64,000 bases of DNA from Candidatus Kapaibacterium sp. (GTDB taxonomy: Bacteria; Bacteroidota; Ignavibacteria; Kapaibacteriales; UBA2268), in NCBI GenBank assembly GCA_938031175.1, contig CALHGZ010000004.1, positions 67,635 to 131,634 on the forward strand. The letters are read 5' to 3'. Within the stretch, counting starts at the first letter, position 1. Each line of letters opens with the position of its first letter. The position numbers and the translations under genes were made by a program. Under the pieces are notes generated by a model, which searched no databases, had not been told where the DNA came from, and saw only the letters and a list, made by a program, of their open reading frames with translations. Below are positions 52,140 to 63,103 of this stretch, piece after piece.

Positions 52140-53918
52140 TTATCTGGAAATAGCTAAAAATTTTAATCCCTCGGGAGTATTCATCCATTTTTGGACAATT
52201 TTTTTAAAGATATGTGCTGATGTAGCACCACCATAAATTTCAGACTTAGGTCGTTCAATCAATACAATCATAGTAATTTTAGGTGCTTCGGCGGGGAAAA
52301 AACCGATAAAACTAGCATTATAGAATTCTTTTGAATAATTACCACTTTCATATTGTTGAGATGTAGCTGTTTTACCGGCAATTTTTAATCCCTTTATTTT
52401 GGCATTACGTCCGGTACCACTTTCGACTACATTTACAAGTAAATTAATAAGAGCTTTTGCAGTTGATTCAGATATAGTATTACCGATAATACTGGTAGAA
52501 TTTTGAAATATTAGTTCACCATTCTGACTTGCGATTTTATCAACAATATAAGGTTTAATGAGTTTTCCTGAATTGGCAATTGAATTGTATGCAACGAGCA
52601 GTTGTAATGGTGATATTGTCAATCCATAACCAAAACCGAGATATAATTTATCATGATAGTTCAATTTATCAGCATCTGGGATTTTCCCTTTTGCTTCTCC
52701 CGGTAATTCAATACCAATAATTGAGCCAAATCCAAATTTTTTCAAATAATTTATAATAGTTTGATTTTTTAAGCGTGCAGCTATTTGTGCAAAAACTATA
52801 TTGCTTGAGAATTTGAATGCCGTTGCTAAATCAGCATCACGTAGCGGATGTTCGTCACGAATTACAAATGAATTTGTCTGATATAATCCATTGTAAGCAT
52901 CGAAAATTTCATTATAAGAAATAATTTTCTCTTCAAGAGCCATTGCGGCGGTAATTAATTTGAATGTAGAGCCTGGCTCATAGGTATCTGATATTCCTTT
53001 GATTCGCAAATTGGTAAGATTTTGACGTTTTGATTCATTTGGGTCAAAATTTGGAAAAGAGGCAATTGCGATAATCTCGCCAGTTGAGGAATTCATTGCT
53101 ATTACTAATCCTGATTCTGCAGCGTATTTTTCAATACCCTGTTTAAGTTCGAATTCTACAATTTGTTGAAAATTGATATCAATTGTAAGATAGACGTTGC
53201 TCCCGTGCTGAGCTTCTTGAACAGGTAAAGAAGCAGAAGGATGCAAATAACCTAATCCATCACGGTGTAAATACATATAACCGCTATTTCCTCGAAGAAT
53301 CGAATCCATAGATTTTTCTATTCCGCTTATTCCGATATGGTCAATATTCGTACAACCAATGACTTGTGCGGCTAATTCAGAATATGGATAATATCGTCTT
53401 TGCTCTTCAATTAAGATTAAACCTCTGGATTTAATTTTTTTTAGTTTTTCAACCTTTTGTGGTTGCTGATGGCGTAAAAGCCATATAAATTGACTATTTG
53501 AATTGATTATTTTCTGGAAGTAATAATCTGATGGGTAATTTGAAATTAGTGCTAATTCATTGCAAATTTCCATCAATTGTTTGTAAATTTTTTCTTGATC
53601 AACAGGTTTATTACTTTTGAAAAGAGATGGGTCGCAGGCTATGGATATACTCAGTAAATCTTTACTCAAAATATTACCATTTTTATCGTAAATAATTCCT
53701 CTTGAGGGGTTGATTTCGACTTTGGTGTGATGTTGTTTTTTTGCTATTTCGCTATATTTTTTGTGATTAATTATCTGAATCTCGAAAAGTTTTACTAAAA
53801 CAATAATTAACGACAAAGAAATGATAATCATTATCATTCTGAATTTCCAGAATTTAATTTTGAGTACCTGCTGTTTGTCAGTATTATTATATTCAACAAT
53901 ATGTGTATGATTGTTCAT
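52140..53918 (-). CDS. Penicillin-binding protein transpeptidase (PBP2/FtsI class B)
   Basis: N-terminal TM anchor. SxxK (STFK), SSN and K[ST]G (AGKTATSQ) motifs. 592 aa. Confidence 0.75.
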   Translation of the reverse strand: MNNHTHIVEYNNTDKQQVLKIKFWKFRMIMIIISLSLIIVLVKLFEIQIINHKKYSEIAKKQHHTKVEINPSRGIIYDKNGNILSKDLLSISIACDPSLFKSNKPVDQEKIYKQLMEICNELALISNYPSDYYFQKIINSNSQFIWLLRHQQPQKVEKLKKIKSRGLILIEEQRRYYPYSELAAQVIGCTNIDHIGISGIEKSMDSILRGNSGYMYLHRDGLGYLHPSASLPVQEAQHGSNVYLTIDINFQQIVEFELKQGIEKYAAESGLVIAMNSSTGEIIAIASFPNFDPNESKRQNLTNLRIKGISDTYEPGSTFKLITAAMALEEKIISYNEIFDAYNGLYQTNSFVIRDEHPLRDADLATAFKFSSNIVFAQIAARLKNQTIINYLKKFGFGSIIGIELPGEAKGKIPDADKLNYHDKLYLGFGYGLTISPLQLLVAYNSIANSGKLIKPYIVDKIASQNGELIFQNSTSIIGNTISESTAKALINLLVNVVESGTGRNAKIKGLKIAGKTATSQQYESGNYSKEFYNASFIGFFPAEAPKITMIVLIERPKSEIYGGATSAHIFKKIVQKWMNTPEGLKFLAISR

Positions 53919-53919
53919 A

Positions 53920-54864
53920 TCAAGGGAAAAATATATATTTAATGCTTAAAGTGGTTATAATAATCATTAAAATCCATTTTATAATTTTTGCCGGAATATA
54001 TTTTTGCAATGTAGCTCCTGTATATATTCCAGCCAACCCACCAATACCAAATAATATTCCAAGAATCCAGTCTGGAGCTACGGAGAATTGTGGGTAAAAG
54101 CCAGATAAAATTTGATAATAAAGAACTCCGGCAATGGATGTAATAAAAGTCCCCATAAGAGCAGCACCAGCAACAGTATAAACGGGCAAATGGAAAAGAG
54201 CAACGAAGATAGGTGCCATGATTGCTCCACCACCAATACCGTAGATACCACCTACGATTCCGACTATACTGCTAACAAAGAAAATAATTGGAGTTGAGAC
54301 TGTGAAGCTTTCACCATAAAATTCATATTCAAGTTTTTTAAGATTGAATTTAATGAGTTTAACTTTTGGTAATTCTTCCTGTAATGTTGAATGATGCTCT
54401 GAATTTTTCCAATTTTTGACTAATTCTCGGAATTTTTCTTCAGCCCCATTTAATTTGCCATTATTATGAGTTTTAATTAAATCTAAAAGCATTCTAAGTC
54501 CAATATACAAAAGGACAAACCCGGCAAAAATTTTAAATGCCGTAGGATCTGGCAGATATTCAATCCGAATAATGGCACCGATGAAAACGCCTGGTAATGT
54601 ACCTGCTATAACAATCAAAGTAAGTGGCCAAACCATACGGCCTTCTTTTATATAACGGATCACACCTCCGGGAATAGCTATGATATTATACAATTGATTT
54701 GTTGAACTAACTGAAGGATTAGTAAATCCTAGAACGCTAACCTGGAAGGGTAAGAGTAAAAACGCTCCTGAGACACCACCAACTGATGTAAAAATTGATA
54801 TGATAAAAGCTACTAAAGGAGGAATCCACGGAGCAACTTCAATACCAGCTGTTTCAAAAAACAT
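53920..54864 (-). CDS. TSUP/TauE-SafE family permease
   Basis: Two 4-TM halves separated by a cytoplasmic loop. Gly-rich helices (GIVGGIYGIGGGAIMAP). Start MFFETAG… at ATG 54864 with AGAGGA RBS. The N-terminal extension in the ORF track overlaps the upstream gene. Confidence 0.55.
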   Translation of the reverse strand: MFFETAGIEVAPWIPPLVAFIISIFTSVGGVSGAFLLLPFQVSVLGFTNPSVSSTNQLYNIIAIPGGVIRYIKEGRMVWPLTLIVIAGTLPGVFIGAIIRIEYLPDPTAFKIFAGFVLLYIGLRMLLDLIKTHNNGKLNGAEEKFRELVKNWKNSEHHSTLQEELPKVKLIKFNLKKLEYEFYGESFTVSTPIIFFVSSIVGIVGGIYGIGGGAIMAPIFVALFHLPVYTVAGAALMGTFITSIAGVLYYQILSGFYPQFSVAPDWILGILFGIGGLAGIYTGATLQKYIPAKIIKWILMIIITTLSIKYIFFP

Positions 54865-54868
54865 TGTC

Positions 54869-55186
54869 TTATTCCTCTTTATTTTGTATTGTAATTTTTT
54901 CTGGAAAAGTATCGGTTTCAACCATTCCTAATTTCTCTTTTGCTAATGGAATTATCCTTTCAGCAGATTCCAATTTATTTATTTTGGTTTTTAAAATTGA
55001 TAATTCTACCTCTAATTCGGCTTTTCGCTTTTCGAGTTTATGAATCTGCCGGAGCATTCTTTCTATTTCAATAACATTATAAACATAAAGTGTAGCAATT
55101 GATGCCAATAGAACAATAGCAATAAAAATTAACCAACGTTTTTTTGTGAGATTATTATTGGATTTTATAAGTTCGCCGGAAATCAT
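54869..55186 (-). CDS. FtsL/FtsB-like septum-formation initiator (TM + coiled coil)
   Basis: 105 aa. TM WLIFIAIVLLASIATLYVY. Coiled coil. C-terminal …AERIIPLAKEKLGMVE resembles the FtsB/DivIC/FtsL signature. Confidence 0.5.
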   Translation of the reverse strand: MISGELIKSNNNLTKKRWLIFIAIVLLASIATLYVYNVIEIERMLRQIHKLEKRKAELEVELSILKTKINKLESAERIIPLAKEKLGMVETDTFPEKITIQNKEE

Positions 55187-55525
55187 TTTAGTAAATTAAG
55201 TTCCTGTCGTTACAAGAATATATCAATTTAATCGTTTAAAAAGTTGTATTATCACAATATCCAAATTTAATATTGATTAAATTAAATTTAGCCATAATTT
55301 TAAAATAAAAAATTTTGTAAATTCCATAAATTCTTTTATATTTGATAATCGTAAAGATTTTACACACTTAGTTCATAATAACCACATAAATCCCTTTTTA
55401 AAATTATATTAAAATGGAAATAAGTTTCTTGATTATATTTTTAATCCCTCAAATAATCAAAAAGTAGATGATATCATATCTCAATGCACGAATAATATTT
55501 ATTAATAATAAATCAAAGGTCTTTT

Positions 55526-56854
55526 ATGAGCCGTAACAATAATAATTTAAACAATTCTAATCATAATACTGCGACAGACTCGGCAGTAATCGATATTAAT
55601 GAACTTAAATCCAAAAAAATAGCTGAGCTGACGAAGATGGCAAAATCTTTGGGTATAACCAATTTCGCCGATCTAAGGAAGCAGGAGCTCATTGTTAAAA
55701 TTGTTGAAGCTCAAAATAATAAACAGAAAGAGCAACATGTTGAAGGATTAATTACCAGTGGTGGAGTATTAGAGGTTTTACCCGATGGTTACGGATTCCT
55801 TCGCTCAGCGGATTATAATTATCTTCCTTCTCCTGATGATATATATGTATCACCATCTCAAATCAAAAGATTTGTTCTACGTACGGGCGATACAATAACA
55901 GGACAAGTCAGACCACCAAAGGATTCAGAACGCTTCTTTGCTTTGTTAAAAGTAGAATCGGTGAATTTTACCAGTCCCGAGGAAATGAGAGAGCGGACAA
56001 TTTTCGATAATTTAACTCCGCTATATCCAATGGAGCGAATTAACCTCGAAGTTAGTCCGAGCGAATATTCTATGAGGATTGTCAATATGCTTTGCCCGAT
56101 TGGTAAAGGACAGAGAGGATTAATTGTATCTCCACCAAAATCAGGTAAAACAATTCTTTTACAGCAGATTGCTAATAGCATATCAAAAAATCATCCTGAA
56201 ATTAAGTTAATTGTACTTTTAATAGATGAACGACCAGAAGAAGTTACCGATATGGAGCGGAGCGTAAAAGCAGAGGTAATTTCATCAACTTTCGATGAAC
56301 CACCTGATCGGCACGTTCAAGTTGCTGATATGGTATTGGAAAAAGCAAAACGTTTGGTTGAAGCAAAGCTCGATGTGGTAATACTTTTAGATTCAATAAC
56401 ACGTTTAGCCCGTGCTCATAACACAGTAGTACCGCATTCAGGTAAAATACTATCTGGCGGTGTTGATGCAAATGCACTTCACAAACCCAAAAGGTTTTTT
56501 GGTGCTGCAAGAAATGTTGAAGAAGGTGGTTCCTTGACTATTATTGCAACAGCATTGATAGAGACTGGTAGCAGAATGGATGAAGTAATTTTCGAAGAAT
56601 TCAAAGGGACGGGAAATATGGAATTGGTCTTAGATAGACGTATTGCGGACAGACGCGTTTATCCTGCTATTGATGTTAATAAATCCGGTACTAGAAGAGA
56701 GGAATTATTGCTCGATGTTGAAGAGTTGAACAGAATTTGGGTTCTCAGAAAAGTTTTGAGTGAATTCCAACCTGTTGATGCTATGGAATTCCTGCTCAAT
56801 AGATTAAAAGGGACGAAATCTAACCGGGATTTCTTAATGGGAATGAACTCATAG
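55526..56854 (+). CDS. rho: Transcription termination factor Rho
   Basis: N-terminal domain (…[10 protein letters not shown]…, [14 protein letters not shown]), Walker [17 protein letters not shown]- and R-loops. Asn-rich N-terminal extension. Confidence 0.9.
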   Translation: MSRNNNNLNNSNHNTATDSAVIDINELKSKKIAELTKMAKSLGITNFADLRKQELIVKIVEAQNNKQKEQHVEGLITSGGVLEVLPDGYGFLRSADYNYLPSPDDIYVSPSQIKRFVLRTGDTITGQVRPPKDSERFFALLKVESVNFTSPEEMRERTIFDNLTPLYPMERINLEVSPSEYSMRIVNMLCPIGKGQRGLIVSPPKSGKTILLQQIANSISKNHPEIKLIVLLIDERPEEVTDMERSVKAEVISSTFDEPPDRHVQVADMVLEKAKRLVEAKLDVVILLDSITRLARAHNTVVPHSGKILSGGVDANALHKPKRFFGAARNVEEGGSLTIIATALIETGSRMDEVIFEEFKGTGNMELVLDRRIADRRVYPAIDVNKSGTRREELLLDVEELNRIWVLRKVLSEFQPVDAMEFLLNRLKGTKSNRDFLMGMNS

Positions 56855-57062
56855 AGTTTGATAAACCAAAAAAAATTAATCTTAAATTCAAAATATTGTT
56901 TGCTTAATGATAATCAGTAGCTTAAATCGATTAAACAAAGCTGAATATCATTTGGAACAGAAATTTATTCGGATTTTGTATTCTTGAGCGTTTTCATAGG
57001 TTAGCAAATATTATTATTTAATCTTTTGTATTATCAAAATATATTTAATTTTAAATTTTGGA

Positions 57063-58421
57063 TTAAATAATTTCGAGATAACTTTTTATTTCCCAATCAG
57101 AGACGTGAATTCTGTATTCGTCCCACTCTTTTGATTTGGCACGGATGTATTTTTTAAGTAATTCATCGCCGAGGACCGAAGCTATAATCTCATTGCGTTT
57201 AAGAGCAATGATTGCTTCCATTAAAGTTCGAGGCAAAACCTCAATCTTCATTTCTGATAATTTATAGTCATCAAATTCAAATACATCTTCTTCTACTGGT
57301 TCAGGTGGGTTAATTTTATTTTTTATTCCATCCAATCCGGCTTTAAGCAAAACAGCAAATGCCAAATATGGATTTGAGCTGGGGTCGGGGCAACGGATTT
57401 CGAGGCGGGTAGAATTTTCTTTACCGGGGCTGTACTTTGGTACACGGATAAGAGCGCTTCTGTTTATTCTTGCCCAACAAATATATGTTGAAGCCTCGTA
57501 GCCGGGGACTAATCTTTTGTAAGAATTAACAATTGGATTAAGTATAGCACACATAGATTTAGCGTGGAGAATTTGTCCGCCAAGAAAATAATAAGCTGTT
57601 TCTGATAAATTATATTTATCATCTGGATTAAAAAAGGCATTTGTGTTTGTTTTGATATCAAATAGACTTTGATGAACATGCATTCCGCTACCATTGACAC
57701 CGGTTATAGGTTTTGGCATAAAAGTAGCGTGTAAGCCATGTTTTTGTGCTATAGCTTTTAGCGTTGATTTCAATGTCATTACCTTATCGGCAGCATTAAG
57801 GGCATTGTCATATTTAAAACCTATTTCGTGTTGGCCGTAAGCAACTTCGTGGTGGCTGGATTCAACTTCAATACCCATTTTTTGTAAATTCTGCATCATT
57901 TCGCGTCGAACGTCGAAACCTAAATCAAGCACTAAATCGAAATACTGACCTATATCGTGTGGTTCGATTAATTTATCTGCACTTGTTTTAATTTTACCAT
58001 TTTCTTTTTTGAAAAGAAAGAATTCACATTCTGGGCCAGTATTATAAATATAACCTAGTTGCTCGGCTTCCTTCAGTATTTTTTTCAATATGTATCTTGG
58101 GTCACAATCGTAAGGTTCGCCGTTAGGGGTTAATACATCGCAAATGACACGAGCGACATTTTTCTCTTGAGATATCATCCACGGAACAATTGTATAAGTA
58201 TTAAGATCAGGCATCAGACGCATATCGGATTCTGATATACGTGAGAAACCCTCAACGGAAGAACCATCAAACCATACACCATTATCAATTGCATCTGGGA
58301 ATTTTTCAACGGGTATAGTTACGCTTTTTGCCATACCCATTATATCGGAAAATTGCAGATTAACAAAATCTACATTATCTTTTCTTATCTGTTCTAGTAT
58401 TCTCTCTTTTAATGATTCCAT
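57063..58421 (-). CDS. glnA: Glutamine synthetase
   Basis: 452 aa with the GS catalytic domain (…HQSLFD…, NSYKRLVPGYEA, …SNPYLAFAV). Confidence 0.8.
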   Translation of the reverse strand: MESLKERILEQIRKDNVDFVNLQFSDIMGMAKSVTIPVEKFPDAIDNGVWFDGSSVEGFSRISESDMRLMPDLNTYTIVPWMISQEKNVARVICDVLTPNGEPYDCDPRYILKKILKEAEQLGYIYNTGPECEFFLFKKENGKIKTSADKLIEPHDIGQYFDLVLDLGFDVRREMMQNLQKMGIEVESSHHEVAYGQHEIGFKYDNALNAADKVMTLKSTLKAIAQKHGLHATFMPKPITGVNGSGMHVHQSLFDIKTNTNAFFNPDDKYNLSETAYYFLGGQILHAKSMCAILNPIVNSYKRLVPGYEASTYICWARINRSALIRVPKYSPGKENSTRLEIRCPDPSSNPYLAFAVLLKAGLDGIKNKINPPEPVEEDVFEFDDYKLSEMKIEVLPRTLMEAIIALKRNEIIASVLGDELLKKYIRAKSKEWDEYRIHVSDWEIKSYLEII

Positions 58422-58595
58422 AATAATTTTAGTTAGTTGAATATTAAAATATTAGTTTGAACAAAAAAATATTCTCAAACTTAAAAAGTTCAGTTATTTA
58501 AAAAAAAGCAAATTTTATTTTTTAAAAAAATTTATGCATTTTGATATAAATTTAAGATATTTGAATTAAGAGAGGAAACAGTAAAACATAATAGG

Positions 58596-61160
58596 TTGTT
58601 AATGAGTAAAAGAGCAAAAAAATATTTTGTAGACAAATCTGGCTCTGGTCAGATAAACATGCCGAAGCAAGTGGTACCTGAAAAATATCAAGATCTTATT
58701 TACTGCATTATTTTAATACTTTCGATTTATATTTTCTTTATAGGAGCGATATTTGGTGGAGGCTTTGGTGCATCCGATAATTTAGCTTCTGAGAGTTTCT
58801 CTACTTATTTAGCAAAAGCCAAAGAATCGGGTCAATTTCCTCACTGGCTTCCATATATATTTTGCGGATTACCTGGCTATGCAGCATTGCTAGTAACTGG
58901 TGAAAGATTATGGGATTTTATTCCTCAAATTATATTTACTTTAACAGAGTTTGTGGGGACTATTTTTGATAGTGACTTAGCACGTGTTTTATGTTTTTAT
59001 GCAATTTATGCAATAGGAATGTATGTATTAATGAGATACAAAGAGCATAATAGATTTGTTTCGTTTATAACTGCTTTTGCTGCTGTCTTCTCCACACAGA
59101 TTATATTATGGGTAATGATAGGACATAATACTAAACCAATTGTATTTTCAATGTTCCCTTGGATTTTTCTCTTAATTGAAAAGTTAAGAGAAAAATTTTC
59201 AATTTTTTATACTGCAATTCTCATTTTTATTGTGCATTTTATGGTATCAGGCTCACATATACAAATGATTTTCTATGGTATTTGTGCTTTTGGATTATAT
59301 TTATTATTTGAATTAATAAGTAGGCTTTTAACCAAGAGAGAGCCTCTGTCAGTAGTACGAGTAACGATATTATTGCTTATATCGGGTTCCATGGCATTTT
59401 TAATGTCGGCAGACAGATATTTCAGTACGATGGAATATACGCCGTATTCAACTCGTGGCTCTGCACCAGCAGTTAACGTGGATAGATCTCAGGATGCAAC
59501 TGGTGGTAATACTTATGAATATGCCACAATGTGGTCATTCAGTCCACCGGAAATGATAACATTTTTTGTACCTAATTATTTCGGTTTTGGCCAGATGAAA
59601 TATAAAGGACCTTTGACAAATAACCGTGAAATTAAAATGCCAATGTATTGGGGACAAAAAGAATTCGAGGATGCACCTCCTTATATGGGGATAGTAGTTA
59701 TTTTCTTGGCAATTGTCGGTATTGTGCTTTATAGGCGTGATATATTCATTCAATTTTTAATTGTGCTATCAGTTTTTTCATTACTACTTTCCTTCGGAAA
59801 AAACTTTTCAATATTATATGACCTATTCTACTACTACGTTCCATCATTCAATAAATTCCGTGCGCCAAGTATGGCACTTGCATTATTGCAATTTGCAGTA
59901 CCAATTTTAGCCGGCTATGGTTTAACCGGAATTATTAACTGGCAAAAAAAATTACCAAAGGAGCAAAAAAAATTATTTTTATTTAGTGTTGTCGCACCCA
60001 TAGGCTTATTAATATCGGGATTTCTTTTCACAATTCTTTTCAAAAGTGCATATATGGATGCTGTCGCAGGCTCTAGGTTTATAGCTACACTTGCATCAAA
60101 TTATGGCCAATCCACTGCCCTGGAATTTCAGAAAGTCATCTTTAAAGAAATGAGCTCCGATTGGTATATGACCGGATTTTTAGCATCTTTAGCAGGATTA
60201 TTTATTTACCTTTATGTTAAAGGTAAAATAAAGAATTTCTCTTTATTTGCGATCTTAATATTTTTAGTAATGATAATAGATCTATGGCGTGTAGGTTATC
60301 GACCTATGGATTATGAAGATAAAAAATCAGATTGGCGAAAGGTTTATTTCCAAAAAACTGATGTTATAAATTTTTTACAGCAAGATACAACAATTTTCCG
60401 AATAGCTGACTTTGCATCCCCAACACCCAATTTACCAGCATATTTTTTACTTGAAAATGTAGGAGGGTATCATTCTGCAAAGCTCAGAGTTTATCAGGAT
60501 TTACTTGATGTAATCGAGGGAGGTTCAACATCAAATGTAACAAGCCCATTTTTATGGAACTTAATGAATGTAAAATATATAATAACTAATAGACCATTAG
60601 GTGAGAATATAGAAGCAATTTTCCAATCCCAACAGACAGGTCAATATGTTTATTATAATCCTGAGATGCTCGAGCGAGCTTTTTATGTTGATAGTGTTAT
60701 TGTTGCAGACCAGCCCGTAGATATTTTATACAAGATGAAAAACAAAGAATTCAACCCTGCTGAAGTTGCTTATGTTGAAAAAAGTTTACCAATTAAAATT
60801 GATAAACCTGCTGAAAATGATTATGTTCGGATTTTGCAGAAAGAAAACGAATATATTAGATTGGAGGCATTGTCTTCAGGAAATAATCTTATGTTTATAA
60901 GTGAAATTTATTATCCCCCTTGCTGGAAAGCATATATTGATGGTAAAGAAACAGAAATAATCAAAACAAATTATGCCTTTCGTTCGATAATAATACCTGC
61001 TGGTAAGCATATAGTTGAATTTAAATATATAGCAGACCAGTTTGAAAAAGGTAAAAATATTAGTTTAGCTGCAAATTTACTCACATTATTTGTATTAATT
61101 ATTGGAGTAGTTTTAGAACTTAGAAACAAAAGGAAAGGTAAGTCAAAAGTCAGTCAATAA
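58596..61160 (+). CDS. YfhO-family polytopic membrane protein (putative glycosyl/lipid-linked transferase)
   Basis: 854 aa. About 13 TM N-terminal region, extracytoplasmic C-terminal domain, final TM plus Lys-rich tail. Architecture typical of YfhO/PF09586. Confidence 0.5.
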   Translation: MLMSKRAKKYFVDKSGSGQINMPKQVVPEKYQDLIYCIILILSIYIFFIGAIFGGGFGASDNLASESFSTYLAKAKESGQFPHWLPYIFCGLPGYAALLVTGERLWDFIPQIIFTLTEFVGTIFDSDLARVLCFYAIYAIGMYVLMRYKEHNRFVSFITAFAAVFSTQIILWVMIGHNTKPIVFSMFPWIFLLIEKLREKFSIFYTAILIFIVHFMVSGSHIQMIFYGICAFGLYLLFELISRLLTKREPLSVVRVTILLLISGSMAFLMSADRYFSTMEYTPYSTRGSAPAVNVDRSQDATGGNTYEYATMWSFSPPEMITFFVPNYFGFGQMKYKGPLTNNREIKMPMYWGQKEFEDAPPYMGIVVIFLAIVGIVLYRRDIFIQFLIVLSVFSLLLSFGKNFSILYDLFYYYVPSFNKFRAPSMALALLQFAVPILAGYGLTGIINWQKKLPKEQKKLFLFSVVAPIGLLISGFLFTILFKSAYMDAVAGSRFIATLASNYGQSTALEFQKVIFKEMSSDWYMTGFLASLAGLFIYLYVKGKIKNFSLFAILIFLVMIIDLWRVGYRPMDYEDKKSDWRKVYFQKTDVINFLQQDTTIFRIADFASPTPNLPAYFLLENVGGYHSAKLRVYQDLLDVIEGGSTSNVTSPFLWNLMNVKYIITNRPLGENIEAIFQSQQTGQYVYYNPEMLERAFYVDSVIVADQPVDILYKMKNKEFNPAEVAYVEKSLPIKIDKPAENDYVRILQKENEYIRLEALSSGNNLMFISEIYYPPCWKAYIDGKETEIIKTNYAFRSIIIPAGKHIVEFKYIADQFEKGKNISLAANLLTLFVLIIGVVLELRNKRKGKSKVSQ

Positions 61161-61161
61161 A

Positions 61162-61755
61162 ATGGATGATAAAGAAATAATATTGTGGTTTGAAAAGGAA
61201 TCCGGTAAAGGTGAATATATTGTGATTCCTGAAGAAATTTTTAATCAGATCACTCCACAGCAAAGTGAAATCATATGTAAAAAATTTGCTGGTAATACTT
61301 TGATTCGTTTACCTGATTATGAAATACGTTTTTTTGAATGGCTTAAAATTGTTGATAGGGATATTTGGGATGATTTATGGAGTGGTTCAGACGATGAACC
61401 ATACATAGTTGGTATCTCATTTCTAACTTCACTTCTTAAAAAGAATGGTCGAGGCTTCCCAATATGCGATTTAATGAATAATGACAATTACTATTTTTCA
61501 CCTGCCCACTTAGCTGAGCAGGAATCAAAGGATTTTATTATATCATCGCAGGAGCGACTTTTTAATAATGAAGAATTAACAATACCTCAACTTTTAGCAC
61601 TTGAAATTTATAATGAAGCAATTGACATTTGGCATTTTGCTTATCTACATAAAATAAGTTTGGAAGAGGCAAAAAACGCAGTTAAAGAGTTAGTTGAGGA
61701 CAACGTGTTAGTACATTTAAAAACAGCTGAATTACTTGCAAATTTCATAGAGTGA
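61162..61755 (+). CDS. Hypothetical cytoplasmic protein
   Basis: 197 aa. No recognisable motif. Tightly packed between yfhO-like and the aspartate kinase gene. Confidence 0.3.
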   Translation: MDDKEIILWFEKESGKGEYIVIPEEIFNQITPQQSEIICKKFAGNTLIRLPDYEIRFFEWLKIVDRDIWDDLWSGSDDEPYIVGISFLTSLLKKNGRGFPICDLMNNDNYYFSPAHLAEQESKDFIISSQERLFNNEELTIPQLLALEIYNEAIDIWHFAYLHKISLEEAKNAVKELVEDNVLVHLKTAELLANFIE

Positions 61756-61758
61756 TTG

Positions 61759-63099
61759 ATGATAGTAGCTAAATTTGGGGGTACTTCTGTAGCCGATGCT
61801 AATTCAATGATAAGAGTTGGCAATATTCTACTGGCAAAAGTAGGAAAACCTGTGTTGGTAGTTTTATCCGCATCAGCTGGTATAACAGATAAATTACATC
61901 AACTCGTAATCTTTTCAGCAGAAAGAAATTCTGAAAATGTTCTAAATCTGCTCAATTTTTTGGAAGCACATCATAAAGAAATAATCAGTGAATTATTCAA
62001 AGACAAAAGATTGAGAGATGAAGCCTTAAATGAAATAGGTAAAATACTTTCTGAGATCAGAAAATTAGCAGAAGGCATATCTCTTTTAGGAGAATATACA
62101 TTACAAACTATTGATTCGATGATTCATTACGGTGAGATTCTTTCTTCCAAAATTTTTTATTTATATCTATCATCGATTGCTGATAAAGTAGAGTATTTTG
62201 ATGTAAGAGATGTTTTAAAAACAGATGAAAACTTCACAAATGCAAATGTATTAGAGGAGCGAAGTCGTTATTATGTATTAAATTTATTAAAGCCCATATT
62301 AGATAGAAATGATTTTGTAGTTACGCAAGGTTTTATTGCTTCGAGTGAATCAGGGAAAACAACAACAATTGGCAGAGGAGGTTCTGATTATACGGCATCA
62401 TTACTCGGCGGGTACCTTAAAGCAGATGAGATTCAAATTTGGTCTGATGCGAACGGAATAATGACAGCTGATCCTAAATTGACAAATAAAGCTAAGACTA
62501 TTAAATACATTACTTATAGTGCAGTAAAGGAACTATCATATTTCGGTGCAAAGATACTCCATTCTGCCTCGATTAAACCTGCAATCAAAAGCCACATACC
62601 GGTTAAGGTATTGAATAGTTTTGAGATGGATAATCCCGGTACGCTTATCTTTGATAAAATTTATGAAGAATTTCATTTAAGTTATTGTTTTGTCTTAAAA
62701 GAAAATTGTGTTCATTATAGTTTTGATTTTAATGGAGATAGCAATTATTTTTTCTTAATTCTATCTAATTTAGTCAAAAATAATATCAATCCAATTTTTT
62801 TTGTTGGGAATGTAAATCAGCTAAATATTATTTTTGACCAGCCATTAACAAGTGAAAATGAGGAAATTATTATCAAAAAAAGCCTTGCCAATATTTATCG
62901 TCAAGAAGTTGATGTTATTTTAATTGCAAATAATGATTTCAATAAAAATTTCGGCCTCGATATAGATTCGATTCTTAAGTCAATGGGTATTTATGATAAG
63001 CTGTTGTGCTTTAACCAATATTCATATATTGTGTTATTAACGCATTTAGGGCAGGGAGGCTCAATAATCAAATTACTCCACGATTCGATTATTCATTGA
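61759..63099 (+). CDS. lysC: Aspartate kinase (amino-acid kinase family) with divergent C-terminal regulatory region
   Basis: N-terminus VAKFGGTSVADANS and GRGGSDYTASLLG are aspartokinase hallmarks. The C-terminal ~150 aa is poorly conserved relative to ACT domains. ATG at 61759. Confidence 0.7.
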   Translation: MIVAKFGGTSVADANSMIRVGNILLAKVGKPVLVVLSASAGITDKLHQLVIFSAERNSENVLNLLNFLEAHHKEIISELFKDKRLRDEALNEIGKILSEIRKLAEGISLLGEYTLQTIDSMIHYGEILSSKIFYLYLSSIADKVEYFDVRDVLKTDENFTNANVLEERSRYYVLNLLKPILDRNDFVVTQGFIASSESGKTTTIGRGGSDYTASLLGGYLKADEIQIWSDANGIMTADPKLTNKAKTIKYITYSAVKELSYFGAKILHSASIKPAIKSHIPVKVLNSFEMDNPGTLIFDKIYEEFHLSYCFVLKENCVHYSFDFNGDSNYFFLILSNLVKNNINPIFFVGNVNQLNIIFDQPLTSENEEIIIKKSLANIYRQEVDVILIANNDFNKNFGLDIDSILKSMGIYDKLLCFNQYSYIVLLTHLGQGGSIIKLLHDSIIH

Positions 63100-63103
63100 A
63101 ACC

